Source: the human T2T-CHM13v2.0 reference genome, Homo sapiens. From it: a stretch of DNA of 64,000 nucleotides. Location of the stretch: assembly GCF_009914755.1 (NCBI RefSeq), contig NC_060936.1; one strand, written 5' to 3'. Positions 55,678-64,000 of the stretch are shown in pieces (position 1 is the stretch's first letter; every line of letters begins with the position of its first letter). A model generated the notes under the pieces. That model was not told the DNA's origin. It was given only the letters and a program-made list of their open reading frames with translations, and made no database searches. Position numbers and translations under genes: made by a program.

Positions 55678-57209
55678 TGAGCCACCATGCCTGGCCAAGA
55701 ATGACTTCTGGGAGACTACCAACAACTTCAAAGTCTAAGGCCATTTTTTAAATCTTCATTAAAATATCTGTATACATTTCATAATTATACTCTATTTTCT
55801 TAGTGCTTAGACATCACCTAAATACAGGAGAATTTTGTCCTTCTCAGGAATATAAAACATAAATAGCCAAGCCACGACTCCTTGCTTTATTTCCTCCTAT
55901 TCCCCATTCTTCACAGCTCCATTATTTGTGGTCTCTCAGCTTATTTTACATTTACACTCAAATGAATACTGGCTTAAATCCCAAAGGAAATCAGTACTCA
56001 CAAAGAAACTTGTTATCTACAAAACTGCAATTCTGCTTTAAGTTCTTCATTAGTTAAAAACCCACACTCAGCTTGGAAGATTTAGAAAGTTATCCCAATG
56101 ATCCTACTACAAATCTCCATTTCTGGAGTCCATCATACTAATACATTGATTTAACAACTTTTAGCAATTTTTGTGGAGTCCATACTTCGAGTAGTAAAAA
56201 CACATCACACAGAATAGCTAAAAAGTCTCCCACTATCATTTTTATTTTAAAAGAATTATATTTTGGCAGTACTACTTTCTTAGTAAAGCAAGAAAAAAAT
56301 TTTTAAAGGTTCTAAATTGGCTGGGCACAGTGGTTCATGCCTGTAATACTAGCCCTTTGGGAGGCTGAGGCAGTAGGATCACTTGAGGCTGGGAGTTCAA
56401 GACCAGCCTGAACAACCCAGCAAGACCCCCTTCTGTTTAAAAGACTTAGAAGAAAGATCCCAGAGTTTTAGTTCCCATATTTTCTTGCCTGGGAAGCAAT
56501 TAATCAAATATATATTTGGCTCCTAGGATATTTTGCTGGGTACTCTCTTTTCCAAGCAAAATTTTAACCTTCAATAAGATTCCACAATTAGTTGTGGATC
56601 TTGTTGTTCTAGAAATGCAGATTAAGAGAAAGCCATATGTGGCTCCAAATAAATACCTGCTCCAAAAAGTCTACTCAAATATATTAAAAATTACAAATTA
56701 ACTGGTTATTTCTAAAAGGCAGCTAATATTTTGACCTATTTTCAAGTCAGTGTTTAAAATGACAAAGAATATGCCATTTTAAAAGCCTAAATCCACCCTA
56801 TCAAATTTATTAAACTCTAACCACCTCTCTCACATTTCCTTCAGAATGGTGCTTTAACAACGACCTCATCTGGTTGTCTTGAGTCTCGCATTCCCACAAT
56901 GGAGACATCAGAGAAGCTGGAGGATGAGATGTACGTAGGAGGGAGCTTTTCAGTTCTCTTCTGAAGGCATATGTGTTCACTGGTAGCTTAGACAAAGGTG
57001 TTGCTCTTGTTTAAGAATAGAATAAACTATAAGGCCAAGACCATCATGTATGACTGTACCATTTGTGCTCTGTGCCAGGGGCATTGAGTAGGAACTGAAA
57101 TCCAGTCCACACTTCCTTAGCCACGCCATACACCTGTAGGGCTAAATCTGCTCAGAGGAAACATCTTTTTCCAATTTGCACAAAGATGCCACAGAGGCCA
57201 CTTCAGTAC

Positions 57210-60520
<3,311 letters not shown>

Positions 60521-61879
60521 CCAGAAATCAGACCATGTATTATCTTTAATCTTCATAACAACCCTATACAGCAATTACTATTATTATTCCAATTTTACAA
60601 ATGAGAAAAAATAAAGGCTTAAAGAATTTATTACTTGTGTAAAGCAAAAAAGCTAATGTGTGGCAGAGATTCCAAAGTATAACCTCTTAATCATTCCACT
60701 ACATGCTTGTGTCCTTTCTCTTTCACAACTGAAGTTGGCATCAGAACAGACCAAATTTTTCCTATGGGAATTCTGACACATTCTCTCAAGCACAAAAGAA
60801 AGTCATGTCAATAGTTAATTACCTCTAATATCCTTAGCAGTTTGTTACTTTCCATCATATTGACCCAAACCCTACACCCCTCCCATAATCTACTCTTTCT
60901 GATTTAATCTACTTATTTCTTAATCGTATCTACCAATTTGTTCTTGTCTATCCACCAAGAAATGGGCCTTCATATATATTTAAGTTATAAGCCAGGTTTC
61001 CCCTAGCCAACAATGTTTTGTTACACACTTTGTTGTTAGTGTTATGTGTGTACTTGCCGGTATTTAAAAATCAGGAGATGAGGGAGTCACACACACAAAA
61101 AAATCTAGATTCAGGACCAAATGAAAAGATCTGGTAACATCAGCTTCAGTTAAACTGCAACTGCCTACTATGTTCATTGCATGTTCTCTTTAGTTTCTCA
61201 TCAACTGTTACTTTATACTGGGTTACATGTTCTCATACGCGTTTTCTGTATGGCCTGTTAAACATTTAAATTTTTTATGACTGTCCTACTCTTTGCACTT
61301 CAAAGGACAAGTAAGTTGTGTTTTGCGATTCACTGTTTTACTGTTTGTAATGTTCTTCCCTTCCTTTACAATAAATATGATGCATGAAACTATGCAACTT
61401 TTACACTTAATATTTAATGTCCAAGGGTAAAAGACTTAATTTTTCCTTTTTTTTTGAAGAAAGAATCTCTCTGTGTCACCCAGGCTGGAATGCAGTGGTG
61501 CCACCATAGCTCACTGCAGCCTCAATCTCCTGGGGCCAAGTGATCATCCTACTTCACCCTCCTGAGTAGGTGGGACTACAAATGCACACCATTACTCTGG
61601 CTAATTTTTTTATTTTTTGTAGAGGCAAGGTCTCGCTATATTGCCTAGGCTGGTCTTGAACTCCTGAGCTGAAGCATTCCTCCCACCTCAGCTTCCCAAA
61701 GTGCTGGGTTACGGACATAAGACAATGGACCAGCATAAGACTTAATTTTTCTATAACATCAAATTGCTATCATCAAACAAGTAATAAGTAACAAACACTT
61801 GCATTCCCCTACCCTTTAACCAAACAAATAACCCCCTCTGGATTTCCACACTATTTAACTTTAGAAAAAACACACACTA

Positions 61880-62392
<513 letters not shown>

Positions 62393-62741
62393 TTAAAATA
62401 GAAAAATTCATTTAAAAGCAATTCTAAAACGAGACCAATTCTCTGAAATCAATCTATCTTCTGACCCCATGCTTCAAACATATTCCTGCTACAAATCACT
62501 CAGTTTCCTAAAATTCTTGCAAATGGTCTACTTTAAATGTGGTTTTATTTTCTCTATATAAGGGTCTACAGTTCACTTTTTCTTCTTGAACTATAGAAGG
62601 AAAAGATGGAAATATATATATTTTACTGGTACAAAAGTCATTTCAGGAGTATCTAGGGAGTTATAAATTTCATTACAAGTCCAATAATAATGAAACTTTC
62701 ACATAATAAAAAGATGAATCCAAGTACCTGGATCACTATTA

Positions 62742-63113
<372 letters not shown>

Positions 63114-64000
63114 TTATTATCTGGGGGAAAGAGTCATATTCATGCAAAGTAACTAAATAAATTTAAAGAAAACATACAGCAAATCAAGGAAATGGGTTAA
63201 ACAAAATCACGGCTACAATGCTTTCAATTATTTTGGCACCCTAAACTAAATATTTTTTTCCATATCCCAAAAAGGAAGTGAGTCAGCTTTCCTTAGTCTT
63301 TCCAATACATTTGTTCCATCCAAACCTAGGAATTGGAAATAAACCAACAGTTTATTGCAGTACTGGCATTTGTAAAATTAACATTCAAGAAAACAGCAAA
63401 GGTTTAAAGCTCTGGTCTCAGAATCTGGTTCACTTCTGAGTAAAATATTTTTATATACTTTTGAATATTAACTAATTTGAGTTTTTAATATGCTGAACTT
63501 ACTTTTTGACTTGTGTAATCAACTCTTCCTCAAAATAAGTTGCAGAAGTACATGAAAGGTAATTATAAATACTAAGCCTTTAACTGAAGTCAAAAGCAAA
63601 GCTTGAAAATGTATTTGGTCATATGGTCCAAGGGAGCATACTATATGGTAAGAACAACGACTCACCCCTTGATGTGTCCACTGGGCAATGAACACTACAC
63701 TACGCTACAACAATCTCTGTGAAATTTTAGAATAATTACTTTGCTGTTATTTTCCATTTTTGAGTTTTGCACTTTAATCTTACAGTAATCCTACAGTATA
63801 GGCTTTTTATAGATGAAGAGCCCAAAACACTACAAGAAATGTGAACAACTTATCTAATGTCTTCAAGCCAGTTAGATGACAGAGCTAGAACTAGAACCTA
63901 ATCCTTGGCCAAATGCCCTTTCAAGTAAACTAGTGAGGTGCTAGTTTTTGAGACTCTTGAATACTGGAACTAAAAAAGCACATCACATGCCAGCTCTCAC

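Overview
Human (primate) genomic DNA, recognisable as the BCL2L14-LRP6 locus on 12p13.2. The + strand carries the terminal coding exon and 3'UTR of BCL2L14 (Bcl-G; EKILGISHEEVD*, 2068-2106). The - strand carries the 3' half of LRP6: 13 coding exons (11-23, residues ~760-1613) encoding YWTD propellers/EGF domains, three LDL-A repeats, the TM helix and five PPP(S/T)P motifs, plus a ~5.1 kb 3'UTR. All 13 exons have AG acceptors, the 12 internal exons have GT donors, and phases join without frameshift. The rest is dense in transposable elements: about 30 Alus including a young AluYb9, old L1M, L2, MIR, THE1/MST, an ERV1 solo LTR, MER20 and Charlie. There are also three retrocopies: PTMA with an intact, C-terminally extended ORF nested inside an Alu; a frameshifted RPL21; and a truncated Y1 RNA. 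I see no new multi-gene system. The most notable signals are the open PTMA retrocopy, an L1 3' transduction carrying a mariner end, two local templated duplications, an Alu+RPL21 unit within one TSD, and candidate cryptic splice events in LRP6. Repeat subfamily names and some repeat boundaries are from recall and by-eye alignment and are approximate.
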